Below, piece by piece: positions 27,431-36,695 of a stretch of 64,000 bases of DNA. The first letter of the stretch is position 1. Each line of letters opens with the position of its first letter. The stretch lies in IMG/VR virus record IMGVR_UViG_3300032007_000067, positions 1 through 64,000 of that record; one strand, written 5' to 3'. The position numbers and the translations under genes were made by a program. Origin of the DNA: a virus. Lineage: Duplodnaviria > Caudoviricetes. The notes under the pieces were generated by a model that worked only from the letters and a program-made list of their open reading frames with translations, searched no databases and had not been told where the DNA came from.

Positions 27431-27616
27431 TCAAACCTCTTCCGGAACATCAGGCCAGTAAACAACCGTAACAACATAGATCTCTATGCGATCATTCCCT
27501 GTAACGGAAACATTAATGCTTTTTACTTCAATATCGTTCTCCTCCAAAAACTTATTGACAGACGCCTCGGCTTTTGCGGCAGTAGCCGCCGAAAAGATTT
27601 TAATTCTCATATTCAT
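27431..27616 (-). CDS. Small protein, Cse60/DUF2758-like pattern
   Basis: IKIF......AE..VNKFL.....EV..I. Confidence 0.6.
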   Translation of the reverse strand: MNMRIKIFSAATAAKAEASVNKFLEENDIEVKSINVSVTGNDRIEIYVVTVVYWPDVPEEV

Positions 27617-27651
27617 CGCTTATATTCTCCTTTGCGTAATTCATAACAATA

Positions 27652-27873
27652 TCATTTTGTTTCCGGAACATCGGTTTTGAATATTACAACAACATCTTCT
27701 TCTCTTTTGCTGAAATAATACTCGGAATATGCCAGGTTAAAAACCTTGTCAAACTCCGTTCCAAGCCTGACATAACTGTTATACAAACAATGATCCCGCC
27801 CCATTATCATCACATGGACAGCATTGTAAATACCCAATAAACGGGATACCTCCCGCCCTATAATTTCATTCAT
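27652..27873 (-). CDS. Hypothetical protein
   Basis: 73-aa ORF; its end resembles the end of 27431-27616 (..DVPE..). Confidence 0.55.
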   Translation of the reverse strand: MNEIIGREVSRLLGIYNAVHVMIMGRDHCLYNSYVRLGTEFDKVFNLAYSEYYFSKREEDVVVIFKTDVPETK

Positions 27874-28004
27874 TCATCTTTCCCTAAATAATTGTCCTGC
27901 CCGTAATCAGTTCCCAATGTCACCCACACCATCACAATGATGGCGGTCAGCCATATTGCAAGCAACACCCCGCCGACAAGCAGAACCATCGTTTCAAGAT
28001 CCAT
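27870..28004 (-). CDS. 44-aa single-pass membrane protein (not in the ORF track)
   Basis: MDLETMVLLVGGVLLAIWLTAIIVMVWVTLG...; GGGGA RBS; ATGA-coupled to the next gene. Confidence 0.55.
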   Translation of the reverse strand: MDLETMVLLVGGVLLAIWLTAIIVMVWVTLGTDYGQDNYLGKDE

Positions 28005-28076
28005 ATTTAATCCCCGAATATACTCACATAACTTCTAACGGCAATCACGGTAAACACCGCAACGGCAATCATTATC

Positions 28077-28925
28077 TTACACAGCAATATCATCATACCA
28101 GTTTTTCCTTTCATTTCTGTGAGGATCAAGGTATTTCTCACAATGATAACGCCCTCTGGACACGGGAACTGTTAAAGCGTATTCCACACTCCATCCGGAT
28201 TGCATCCTCACCCGAAACCTTCTGGGTTGGATACCCCATTTTCTGCACATGGCGGCAATGCTTTCAAACACCTCGCCCGTATGATCTCTCACCCGTTTTC
28301 CGTAATGAGGCTTATACGGCGTTGTCAATGCCTTTTGTACGTCCCCTTCATACCGATCTAACCTTTTCGACAATGTTTTTAACGGCATCCCCCAGTATTC
28401 AGCCATTTCAGTCAGGCTTTCAAACTCATGCCCTTCATGATCCCGACAGGGAATTTTGTTAAGACAGCCGTCAAAGTAAATCAGATCCTCCCGATCTTTA
28501 AATCTTTTAGTTCTCATGCAAAGTGTACTGTGACTCATTCCCCTTGCGTCAGCCCACTCAGTCCGAGTTACCGGAAACCCGTTTTCAGGATCCGTAAATT
28601 TCTGAGCGTATTTTACAGGTGTTGTCAAAGCCTCCTCAATCGACATGCCACGGGAACGTCTCACCCGATAATTATCAGCCTTTATTCCCCATGCTTTAGC
28701 CATGTCCGTCTCACTTTTAAACTCCCGTCCTGTGTGATCCGTTACACCGTGTTTGTGTGTAGTCAGAATCTTCTCTAACGACCACTTATTCCTTGTCCGG
28801 TAATTCCATGCAGAACTGGAAACGCCCCAGAACTCCCGCATTTCCATGACGCTGTCAAACTTTCTGCCGGTGTGATCCTGACATGCACGGTAATGCCTTT
28901 TCAATTCAAACTTATGATCACTCAT
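28077..28925 (-). CDS. Protein of five tandem HTH-like repeats (DH.G..F.S..EM...WG......R...GWS.E.ALTTP)
   Basis: Four clear and one degenerate unit of about 47-52 aa; no nuclease motif seen. Start MSDHK preferred. Confidence 0.75.
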   Translation of the reverse strand: MSDHKFELKRHYRACQDHTGRKFDSVMEMREFWGVSSSAWNYRTRNKWSLEKILTTHKHGVTDHTGREFKSETDMAKAWGIKADNYRVRRSRGMSIEEALTTPVKYAQKFTDPENGFPVTRTEWADARGMSHSTLCMRTKRFKDREDLIYFDGCLNKIPCRDHEGHEFESLTEMAEYWGMPLKTLSKRLDRYEGDVQKALTTPYKPHYGKRVRDHTGEVFESIAAMCRKWGIQPRRFRVRMQSGWSVEYALTVPVSRGRYHCEKYLDPHRNERKNWYDDIAV

Positions 28926-29187
28926 AATTCTGAACCTCATCAACCCCGAACCGGTGAAAGTTCCCGCCACACTCAAACTCAAACTCCTCAAAAAGAGTCT
29001 GTAAGGATACGCTCATATTTCCCAGATGCACAAAAGTCTCCCCGCCATTCCAGGTAACAATGGCGGTGATCATAAACTTTCCGCTCGCAATATAAGCAGA
29101 ATCACCCGTTTTGCGGGAACGAATGTTTACAACCTGTCCTACTGAAAAGAAAACCGAAAACTCAAATCTGTTATATGGTCTGTACAT
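28918..29187 (-). CDS. Hypothetical protein
   Basis: 89-aa ORF, GGGAG RBS. Confidence 0.65.
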   Translation of the reverse strand: MYRPYNRFEFSVFFSVGQVVNIRSRKTGDSAYIASGKFMITAIVTWNGGETFVHLGNMSVSLQTLFEEFEFECGGNFHRFGVDEVQNYE

Positions 29188-29245
29188 AATAAACTCCCTG
29201 ATAGCTGTTTGATTTACTGTTGTCTGATTAACGGTTTGTTACCCG

Positions 29246-29746
29246 TTACTTTCCGACATCTTTCTGACATTTCTTCTTTTTACCGGCAAGTCCGTTGTTT
29301 TTCACCGGTGTGGTAAGTGCCTTTTTTACGCTCCACCCGTTATTGATCCGGTTTACCACCGCCCAATAACTGATATTCCATGCTTTGCACATATCCGTAA
29401 GGCTGTCATATTGTTTCCCTAAATGATCTTTTGAGGATACGTTGTTCAGTTTTCCTTGGTATTTCAGCAAATCTCCTGTGAGATTCTTTTTCAGCCTTGC
29501 CTGTAACCGTGATTCGGGAATTCCTATATATTTCGCCGCATCATAAAGATTGTAAAATTGCTGTCCGTCAATTTCTATAAGCCGTTCACGGTAATGAGTT
29601 CTTTTGCCTTTTGGTGTTGTCAGGGCTTTTTCCTGAGACCAGTGTAATCTCAGTCTCCCGTAATAAATATTCGGATCTATGTTGTGCCATCTGCACATAA
29701 TCGCCACGCTTGGGAATTCTTTTCCATTATGGTCTTTTACTATCAT
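29246..29746 (-). CDS. Protein of three HTH-like repeats
   Basis: KDHNGKEF..., IDGQQF..., KDHLGKQY...ALTTP; GTGGAG RBS supports MIVKD at 29746. Confidence 0.75.
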   Translation of the reverse strand: MIVKDHNGKEFPSVAIMCRWHNIDPNIYYGRLRLHWSQEKALTTPKGKRTHYRERLIEIDGQQFYNLYDAAKYIGIPESRLQARLKKNLTGDLLKYQGKLNNVSSKDHLGKQYDSLTDMCKAWNISYWAVVNRINNGWSVKKALTTPVKNNGLAGKKKKCQKDVGK

Positions 29747-29769
29747 GTATAACTCCACATTCACACTGT

Positions 29770-30033
29770 TTAATTTTTCTTCAAAGCGTCTGCAAGCGTC
29801 ATTTTCTGATAATTTATTCTGCACCACAATGTTGTGTACGGGATATTGTGATGTTCGGCACATTGTTTCAGACTTTGAAAAACCTGCCCGTTCTCGTCCG
29901 TGAACTCCCGAATCCGATACCTTTTCGGACGGTCGTTATGTTCCTTTGCCTTATATTTTCTTACCACGGGTCCCGGCAATGCCCGCCCTTTTTTATGGTG
30001 TTTCTTTACAAAATCATGCAGTTTCAGGTTCAT
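29770..30033 (-). CDS. Basic protein with one HTH-like repeat
   Basis: TDENGQVFQSLKQCAEHHNIPYTTLWCRI...MTLADAL. Confidence 0.7.
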   Translation of the reverse strand: MNLKLHDFVKKHHKKGRALPGPVVRKYKAKEHNDRPKRYRIREFTDENGQVFQSLKQCAEHHNIPYTTLWCRINYQKMTLADALKKN

Positions 30034-30072
30034 AATCGTTGCGTTCCTTCTCTTATTATCTCATTCCCTTAT

Positions 30073-30450
30073 TTACTCACCCGTCAAAGCCTGTTTCAGC
30101 GTTTTATTCGCCCACCTGCGATGCAGAAAAGTATTGTAATTCACTCCCCATGCGTCACACATTGCCTGAATTGTCGGAAAACTCTGTCCGGTGTGATCTT
30201 TCACCGCCCGTCCCTTACACGGAATTTTCACAGCTTCTTCAAGTGTCATGCCGTTTTCAAGTCTCCCCCGTATCTGATACATCTCGGCGTGAGAGGCGAT
30301 TATAACTTCTGAAAACTGCCGGTATTGTTTTCCCTCAAGTTCGTATTCTCCGGCATCGGATCGAAAGTTTTTCACCTTGCGTTTTCTTTTGCCGTGAATT
30401 GCCTTCTCCAGCATAAACTCCGGCTTTTTGTCGCTGTCATAATCACGCAT
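30073..30450 (-). CDS. Protein with two HTH-like repeats
   Basis: LEGKQY...GMTLEEAV; KDHTGQSF...WGVNYNTF...ALT. Confidence 0.72.
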   Translation of the reverse strand: MRDYDSDKKPEFMLEKAIHGKRKRKVKNFRSDAGEYELEGKQYRQFSEVIIASHAEMYQIRGRLENGMTLEEAVKIPCKGRAVKDHTGQSFPTIQAMCDAWGVNYNTFLHRRWANKTLKQALTGE

Positions 30451-30790
30451 CTTTGTCCCGCCCTATCTTTTTGATAATCTGTTTGCGGTTCAGCATAATA
30501 ATGCCATCGTATTTTTCACTGAAAGCATACACGCCGTAATCTGGTTCAAACAGTTTGTTTTTATCGTTTTCGGTCATGTACTTTATTTCCGCAAGCCAGT
30601 AATAAGGCGGGGAAAAACCGTCCTCAATATCGGAATAACACACAATAATGCAGTTTTCCCGCACCTCGGCATTATCCCGTAACACGCCTTCAATTTCCCG
30701 CCATATTCCGTGTCTTTCTGACGGTTCCTGACAGATATTGAGACGGTCTGCAAGCTGAGACAGCCGTCCTTTCTGATTATGACTGAACAT
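30443..30790 (-). CDS. Hypothetical protein
   Basis: 115-aa ORF, GAGGG RBS. Confidence 0.7.
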   Translation of the reverse strand: MFSHNQKGRLSQLADRLNICQEPSERHGIWREIEGVLRDNAEVRENCIIVCYSDIEDGFSPPYYWLAEIKYMTENDKNKLFEPDYGVYAFSEKYDGIIMLNRKQIIKKIGRDKDA

Positions 30791-30807
30791 ATACCCTCAC
30801 TTGTAAA

Positions 30808-31359
30808 TTACAACCCTCTGCAACGGGCTTCTTCTTCCAAATTCTGCCACTGACTCTGACACATTCTTTCCATAGCACCGTTTTCCACGGCACTATTCAA
30901 ATCTTCAAACGCAAGAGCGAAAAATGCAATCTCATTCAAAAGATTATTCTTTCCCGCACATGCGTCATGAACCATATCAAACATACTGATTCCATTCCGG
31001 TCGTATTGAGCAACAATTTTTTTCACCCTTTCCGCACTTTCAAAAAACGGTTCGGTTTTAGCGTCTTTTTCCAGCTTCATTGTGCTGATCCATTCATCTA
31101 TTGCCTTATCGCTGTTTAATTTGTCGGCAATAACATAGAGATAATCTGATTTATAAATGTATTCTTCTGCAATGAAATCCCATACCAGTTCATCTTCCGG
31201 ATATCTGAGATAATAGCGTTCAACCACGCAATTTCCGTCAATAAACAGATCGGCAACATTCCCCCACAGTTCATCATAAGCACGATCCGCAGTATCGTAT
31301 TCATTGCAGGAAAAACTGAATTCGTCAGCAGGGTGTTCAACGGCGTACATGTTGGTCAT
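30808..31359 (-). CDS. Acidic hypothetical protein
   Basis: 183 aa; first gene after the 31518 CRP-type promoter; AAGGA RBS. Confidence 0.72.
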   Translation of the reverse strand: MTNMYAVEHPADEFSFSCNEYDTADRAYDELWGNVADLFIDGNCVVERYYLRYPEDELVWDFIAEEYIYKSDYLYVIADKLNSDKAIDEWISTMKLEKDAKTEPFFESAERVKKIVAQYDRNGISMFDMVHDACAGKNNLLNEIAFFALAFEDLNSAVENGAMERMCQSQWQNLEEEARCRGL

Positions 31360-31517
31360 AATAAAATCCTTGTTTTGTAGTTTGTTGGTTGTTTGATTGT
31401 TTGTTTAACTGTTAAATTCAACTTCTGAATTTAACCTCTGAACTTTGCTGTTCATGAGTTCATTATCCTGAATCCCCGAACGTCTTTCAACAACTTTTAA
31501 AAACTTATTGATGTTTT

Positions 31518-31533
31518 TATGAACCGTATCACA
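31518..31533 (-). promoter_or_regulatory. CRP-type box
   Basis: TATGA-ACCGTA-TCACA (9/10); 50 nt upstream of GATAAT, with -35 TTGAAA and a 17-nt spacer; overlaps the stop of the GalE-like gene. Confidence 0.65.
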
Positions 31534-32644
31534 AATTAACAATAGCCTTTAACAGATTTATCATGCCGTTTTTACTGTTTCTTTCTTGCAGAAGTGTTTC
31601 AAGATCGGCGTAAAAATTCAGATACCGCATGTCAGGAGGAACCACCGCTTTCGGAGGAATGTCAAGCATTTTAGGCGGTACGCATGAAAGGTACATCTCC
31701 GACTGATCTTCACAGACTCCGTGCTGAAATGACGGTTTTCCCGACACTTGTTTCGCCAGATATGACGTTTTTCCCAGCATTTGCCCGTTGCAGGTCATAT
31801 ACAGACATTCACGGGCGGGATAACCTTCAAGCATTGAATCAATAAACCGGAACAAATTAAAAGGCTCAAGTTGGTTATCTTTATTGACAACACCCACTGT
31901 GAGATCGATGTCATTCCGGCTGTCAAAAGTCAGAGCATACATAAACGCTCCGATAACATCATAGGGCGATACCGGATAAATCCATTCCCGCATAGCCTTG
32001 TTTGCATACCCGCATACAACCGGCACATTAACGGCGGTAAGGTTTTTAACCCTGTCAATCTCATTCTCAAGCGTCCTCCCCCTCACAACAGGAACAAACG
32101 GCAGAGTTCCGTACATCATGCCAATGTAAATACTGACAAACTTTGTATCGCAGTTAAAAAGACTTTCTTCGCATATTCTGCTTTTGCAGAGTTTTTTGGA
32201 AACTCCGAGGTAAGACCAGTTCTCCATATCAAGGGAACACAGAGTGTCAGGGAACACAAATTTGTCAGGACGTGTCTTTGACGCAATCAGAAGGGTGTTT
32301 TCAAGGGTGATTATATTCTGACCAAACCGGTTTTTAAGTTCGTCATGATTCTGCTGTCCTGTTTTATCAAACGCTCCGGCACAATGACAGATACCGGTAA
32401 TCCGGCATTTCATATCCCGAATGATTTTAAGACAGTCGAGTGTATCGCTCCGGCTTTCAAGGTTACATTTAATAAAAACCGTATCTGACGGGGAATCGTA
32501 AATTTTTCTGAGCTTGTTCAGAATGTCAGCGGAGTTGTCTTTTACGTCAATTCCTATCAGGTTGTACCCCTGAGCGATTATGGCACTTGCAATGTGCAAT
32601 CCGATATATCCTAAAACTCCGGTAACGATTATGTAATTTCTCAT
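31529..32644 (-). CDS. Divergent NAD-dependent epimerase/dehydratase (GalE-like)
   Basis: IIVTGVLGYIG Rossmann motif, GID, ICHCAG; catalytic region YLGVSK deviates from YxxxK. Confidence 0.7.
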   Translation of the reverse strand: MRNYIIVTGVLGYIGLHIASAIIAQGYNLIGIDVKDNSADILNKLRKIYDSPSDTVFIKCNLESRSDTLDCLKIIRDMKCRITGICHCAGAFDKTGQQNHDELKNRFGQNIITLENTLLIASKTRPDKFVFPDTLCSLDMENWSYLGVSKKLCKSRICEESLFNCDTKFVSIYIGMMYGTLPFVPVVRGRTLENEIDRVKNLTAVNVPVVCGYANKAMREWIYPVSPYDVIGAFMYALTFDSRNDIDLTVGVVNKDNQLEPFNLFRFIDSMLEGYPARECLYMTCNGQMLGKTSYLAKQVSGKPSFQHGVCEDQSEMYLSCVPPKMLDIPPKAVVPPDMRYLNFYADLETLLQERNSKNGMINLLKAIVNL

Positions 32645-32852
32645 GAACAATCCCTGTAACAAACCCGAAAAATTATCACTAAAAACTTATAAAACAGTGA
32701 TCATACCGCATTTTTCATATAGAATTTTGTGATCTGAGATTAAAATATACAATCTTAACAGTACAATATCTACCATGAAAACGGTTTTTTAATTATACTC
32801 TATCGTATAAAAATCTGTCATGACATACATAACTGATAACAGAGGTGCATAC

Positions 32853-33221
32853 ATGATACTGAAAATAGAACCGCAGGAATACAATGAAACGGAATGGATA
32901 CGCAAACAAAGCAATCTGAGAACACGGCAGATTTCAGCAAAACTCGACAAAATCAACACCGCAATCAACGCAATCAATACGGCGTATGAGGATGTTGTGG
33001 AACTGTATCAGAAAACCGCATACGAACATGACGATCTTGCCGACATTGTTCTCGCCCGCATTGCACGGAAATACGGGCATATCTTTGATGTGTGGGGAGT
33101 GTTTATCAGCGAGGATATTATCGCCGTGAAGGATATTACAACCCGTTGCAACCGTTTTCGTGAAAAAATTATGAACAAAACTGATATAAAAACTACACGG
33201 AGTATAGACACCAACAAATGA
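32853..33221 (+). CDS. Hypothetical coiled-coil protein
   Basis: AGAGG RBS before MILKI. Confidence 0.65.
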   Translation: MILKIEPQEYNETEWIRKQSNLRTRQISAKLDKINTAINAINTAYEDVVELYQKTAYEHDDLADIVLARIARKYGHIFDVWGVFISEDIIAVKDITTRCNRFREKIMNKTDIKTTRSIDTNK

Positions 33222-33222
33222 G

Positions 33223-33238
33223 TGTGATACACTTCACA
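33223..33238. promoter_or_regulatory. CRP-type box
   Basis: TGTGA-TACACT-TCACA, perfect; 69 nt upstream of a plus-strand TTGCAT-16-TATTAT promoter; target promoter uncertain. Confidence 0.65.
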
Positions 33239-33507
33239 CAATTAACATTTTGGTGGAATTTTTATGCAAAATGCGGATTTTACGCTTGCATTAAGGAAAA
33301 AGTATGTTATTATTCAGACATCCGCCGGTAACAAAGCGTTATCATTTTTCGTACAACCGTGAGAACTGGTACACTTCGTTATATGGTATGTGATACCTCA
33401 TCTAACTCCTAATTAAAAAAGATCCAAGAAAAAGGGTATGAGCACCAAACATACCCTTTCATGTTTCTGTTCCGTAATTCATATTCTCATTGTGATAAAA
33501 TATATAC

Positions 33508-33744
33508 ATGTATTTCATTGCTATTGAGGACGTGGAGACAGATTCGGAACTTTCCCCGCCGTCCGATTATTTTGTTACTACCGATAACACGATTCCTGAA
33601 AAGAAAATTTTAGCGTCTTTTGCGGAATGGGAGCTTATTTTCTACAAAAACTACTATCCGAACTACAAGACCATAACGTACAATATGTATCTGTCATTCA
33701 TTGAATGGCATTATCAGTTTTTGCGGTACAGGTATTCAAAATGA
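33508..33744 (+). CDS. Small hypothetical protein
   Basis: 78 aa; ATGA-coupled to the polymerase. Confidence 0.55.
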   Translation: MYFIAIEDVETDSELSPPSDYFVTTDNTIPEKKILASFAEWELIFYKNYYPNYKTITYNMYLSFIEWHYQFLRYRYSK

Positions 33745-35336
33745 TCTATAAGTTTGACGGAAAGTTTATCGAAGGCGAAACATGGGCAGTAGCAACAAAT
33801 TCAAACATGCTTTTCGCCCGCAATGAACGTGATCAGTATTTCTGTATCCGATCAGCCGAGGATCTTGAAATTCTTATCGGTTTTCAGAACGCCCACAATA
33901 TCTTCATCACCTGGGACACTGACGTTATCAGGTATATCAGACAAAAGTTTTCATTGTCTCTTGCCATTATCTTTATCCGCATGGCTGGCCTTGTTCGTAA
34001 TATCCCCTATGATCTCGCCTGTATTCGCTCCGGAATTATCAGACTCCACACTCCGCACCCTGAAAACGAACTTGCATTAACAGCAATGAACCTTCTCACA
34101 CTGTATAAAAAGTTTCTGAAGAATGAGTGCAAAATGCTCATATCGTTAAGCCGTGAGTATCATAAGAACTTTTTACAGACAACGACATCAGAAGTAATCG
34201 AAAAACTTGACCGGCTTAAACCCGCATACAACCGCCCTACACTTGAATTTTATTATCAGCCTCCGCAGAACCTTAGTTTTACCATGCCGTTTCTTAATCA
34301 GCTTTTATCAGACATTCTTTCTGAACCATTTAAGGTGATAAACGGCAAGATAACTCATGCAAAACTGCCACAAACATTTACCATAAACAACACTGAAATA
34401 ACGGTAGGTGTAGGCGGTATCCACGGGTTTTCGCTTGAAATAAACCGTAAATCCACCTCAAACAAACTTTTGCGGGACTGGGACGTGTCAAGTTATTACC
34501 CGTCTATGATCTGCTTTGATCCGGTTCTGAAATCAATTCTCGGTAATGATTTTGTAAATGAATATGACAATATCCGGAGAAAGCGTATTGCCGTAAAGAA
34601 AACCGATCCGGTGCTGGCTAACGGTCTCAAACTGGTTCTCAATTCAGCAACCGGAAGATTAAACGATAAAAAGAGCCGCCTGTATAACCCGCAGGCTTAC
34701 ATTCAAATCACCCTCACAGGGCAGCTTTATTTGCTCATGGTTGCGAATATCTGTTACGACAAGGGTATTCCATTCTACTCGCTTAATACTGACGGTATTA
34801 CGCTTTTAGACAACAATACAAACATATCCAAACCGATCTTTGACCGTATGACGGAACTCACCGGACTCAATTTTGAGGATACGGTGTTCACTCATTATTT
34901 TGCCCGTGATGTAAACAACTATTTCGCAATAAAAGAATCTGATGATAATGAAGTTCATATCAAAGGCAAGGGTGTGTTTAATTTTGATAGAAATATAAAT
35001 AGAAATTGTAACAATCTTGCTGTAAACAATCTGATACGTTTATCTTTAGACGGAACTAATCCGGCGGTACATTTAGCAGAAATACCTATATCAGATTTTG
35101 TTGACGTTGCCTGTTCAAATTCTACCAATGAACTTTTCCGGTTTTACCGTTCCATTTCTTCTGATGATTGTATCAGAAACAAAGCCGGACGCAAGATACC
35201 GTCCACCGATCATTGTGTGGCCATATCTGAATTTGCACAGGAAAACGATATTAAAGAAGATATTGACTATGACTGGTATTTAGAAAAGGCAGAACTTCAG
35301 TTAAATAAAATTCTGCCATGTTTTATGAAGAAATGA
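33741..35336 (+). CDS. Family B-type phage DNA polymerase with degenerate proofreading region
   Basis: G.GGIHG, DWDVSSYYPS (motif A), KLVLNSATG (motif B), NTDG (motif C), RDVNNY, KGKG; no intact Exo motifs recognised. Confidence 0.8.
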   Translation: MIYKFDGKFIEGETWAVATNSNMLFARNERDQYFCIRSAEDLEILIGFQNAHNIFITWDTDVIRYIRQKFSLSLAIIFIRMAGLVRNIPYDLACIRSGIIRLHTPHPENELALTAMNLLTLYKKFLKNECKMLISLSREYHKNFLQTTTSEVIEKLDRLKPAYNRPTLEFYYQPPQNLSFTMPFLNQLLSDILSEPFKVINGKITHAKLPQTFTINNTEITVGVGGIHGFSLEINRKSTSNKLLRDWDVSSYYPSMICFDPVLKSILGNDFVNEYDNIRRKRIAVKKTDPVLANGLKLVLNSATGRLNDKKSRLYNPQAYIQITLTGQLYLLMVANICYDKGIPFYSLNTDGITLLDNNTNISKPIFDRMTELTGLNFEDTVFTHYFARDVNNYFAIKESDDNEVHIKGKGVFNFDRNINRNCNNLAVNNLIRLSLDGTNPAVHLAEIPISDFVDVACSNSTNELFRFYRSISSDDCIRNKAGRKIPSTDHCVAISEFAQENDIKEDIDYDWYLEKAELQLNKILPCFMKK

Positions 35337-35337
35337 G

Positions 35338-36483
35338 TCACACTGTCTTTTTGAGCAAGGCGTAAGTAGGCGTGTAGTTAGCAGTATATTTCACACCTGA
35401 ATAAATTGCTAATTGAGCAATACCCCGGTTGTTATGATAATTTAAAGAATTACCATCGTCAACTAAATATCCAAGATAAAACTTCGTAAAATTAAAATGA
35501 TTTGAATTTGTTGCCGTATTGTTTCTTGCCAACGTACCGTTAACAAATAAGTTTACAGTATACGAATCTCCTGTGCGTTTGATTGTGATTGTAAAGTCGT
35601 TAAGATTGTTCATTCTCAAATAGTTAGAACTATATGTATTACCGCTGCTGGCAAAAAAATCAACGTATGAACAATTGCCGCCAATACCGGTGGAGCTCGC
35701 AACGCCGGTAACCAGCGCATGGATGTCGGTGTTTAGAGACACACCATCGTCAATGATCAGGGCGTGTTCCGATGCGGTCATGGGAGAGTTGTTATTCATT
35801 CCAATGCCGAGCAGCCTTGACCCCGTGGATCGCGATTCTGTGCCTATCCATTTCAAAAAAGACAAAGTAACCTCATCTCCGTCAGTCAAAGCAAGGCAGG
35901 GTATGTCATAATACGGTAGATGGGACAAAGGAGCGGAAGTGTTTAAAAAATACGTTTCAGCGCAATTTATCGAAGGCATGGCGGGATTGAGTTCTAAAAC
36001 TGCTGACCCCGCTGAGAGTTCGGTCATTCCGTAATGCGTAAATGTTCCGTCAACTTTTCCGGTTGCACTGTTAATCACACTCCAAAGGGCAATGAGATCA
36101 TTGTCGGCTTCAACCGTGTTATATGCAATACTGACCGATGATTCCGGAATATATGTCGGAATAGCCATCCATTTTGTTGCGTCCCAAGTTCCTGTCAAAC
36201 CGCTTTCCATTGCAATATAAGCCGTAGCGCCGTTTGTTACAATGCTGTTAATATCGTAAACGCTTGCAGGGTTATACTCCCCTTTCCCGGCAAGCCCCCG
36301 GCTGATGCAGGTAAAATAATTCGCATTGTCCGGATCCGTTCCGGCGGTTGCGTCTGCAATACAGAGATACACACTGTTATTGTATAAGAACGTATCCCAC
36401 ACGGTATAAGCCGTGCTTGCAGAATACACACCTTTCCATGTAAAACCGATCTTTCCGATATTGACCGTTGTTGTGCTGGGCAT
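35338..36483 (-). CDS. Tail/receptor-binding protein with KG.Y....Y repeats and a ConA/LamG-like C-terminus
   Basis: FTWKGVYSASTAY..WD, GKGEYNPASVY; C-terminal GIAQLAIY.G.KYT.NYTP. Confidence 0.65.
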   Translation of the reverse strand: MPSTTTVNIGKIGFTWKGVYSASTAYTVWDTFLYNNSVYLCIADATAGTDPDNANYFTCISRGLAGKGEYNPASVYDINSIVTNGATAYIAMESGLTGTWDATKWMAIPTYIPESSVSIAYNTVEADNDLIALWSVINSATGKVDGTFTHYGMTELSAGSAVLELNPAMPSINCAETYFLNTSAPLSHLPYYDIPCLALTDGDEVTLSFLKWIGTESRSTGSRLLGIGMNNNSPMTASEHALIIDDGVSLNTDIHALVTGVASSTGIGGNCSYVDFFASSGNTYSSNYLRMNNLNDFTITIKRTGDSYTVNLFVNGTLARNNTATNSNHFNFTKFYLGYLVDDGNSLNYHNNRGIAQLAIYSGVKYTANYTPTYALLKKTV

Positions 36484-36695
36484 TATTGTTTTTCCTCTTT
36501 GTCCTTGATTTTAAAAATCATACCGTCAATTTTATAAAAAATAAACGCTCCGATAATCTGACCGATAATAACATTAACTGAAAAAGGTACGTCATAGTAT
36601 TTCATTATCAGCATGAATGGCAACATAATAAACCCGCTGATAATCCATCTTATCAGATAAACAGCAAATTTAACCGTCAGAAAATCTTTGAACAT
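36483..36695 (-). CDS. Small membrane protein with GtrA-like pattern
   Basis: Two hydrophobic helices; KF..Y..RW..S and .N.IG..IF..ID..IF. Confidence 0.55.
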   Translation of the reverse strand: MFKDFLTVKFAVYLIRWIISGFIMLPFMLIMKYYDVPFSVNVIIGQIIGAFIFYKIDGMIFKIKDKEEKQ

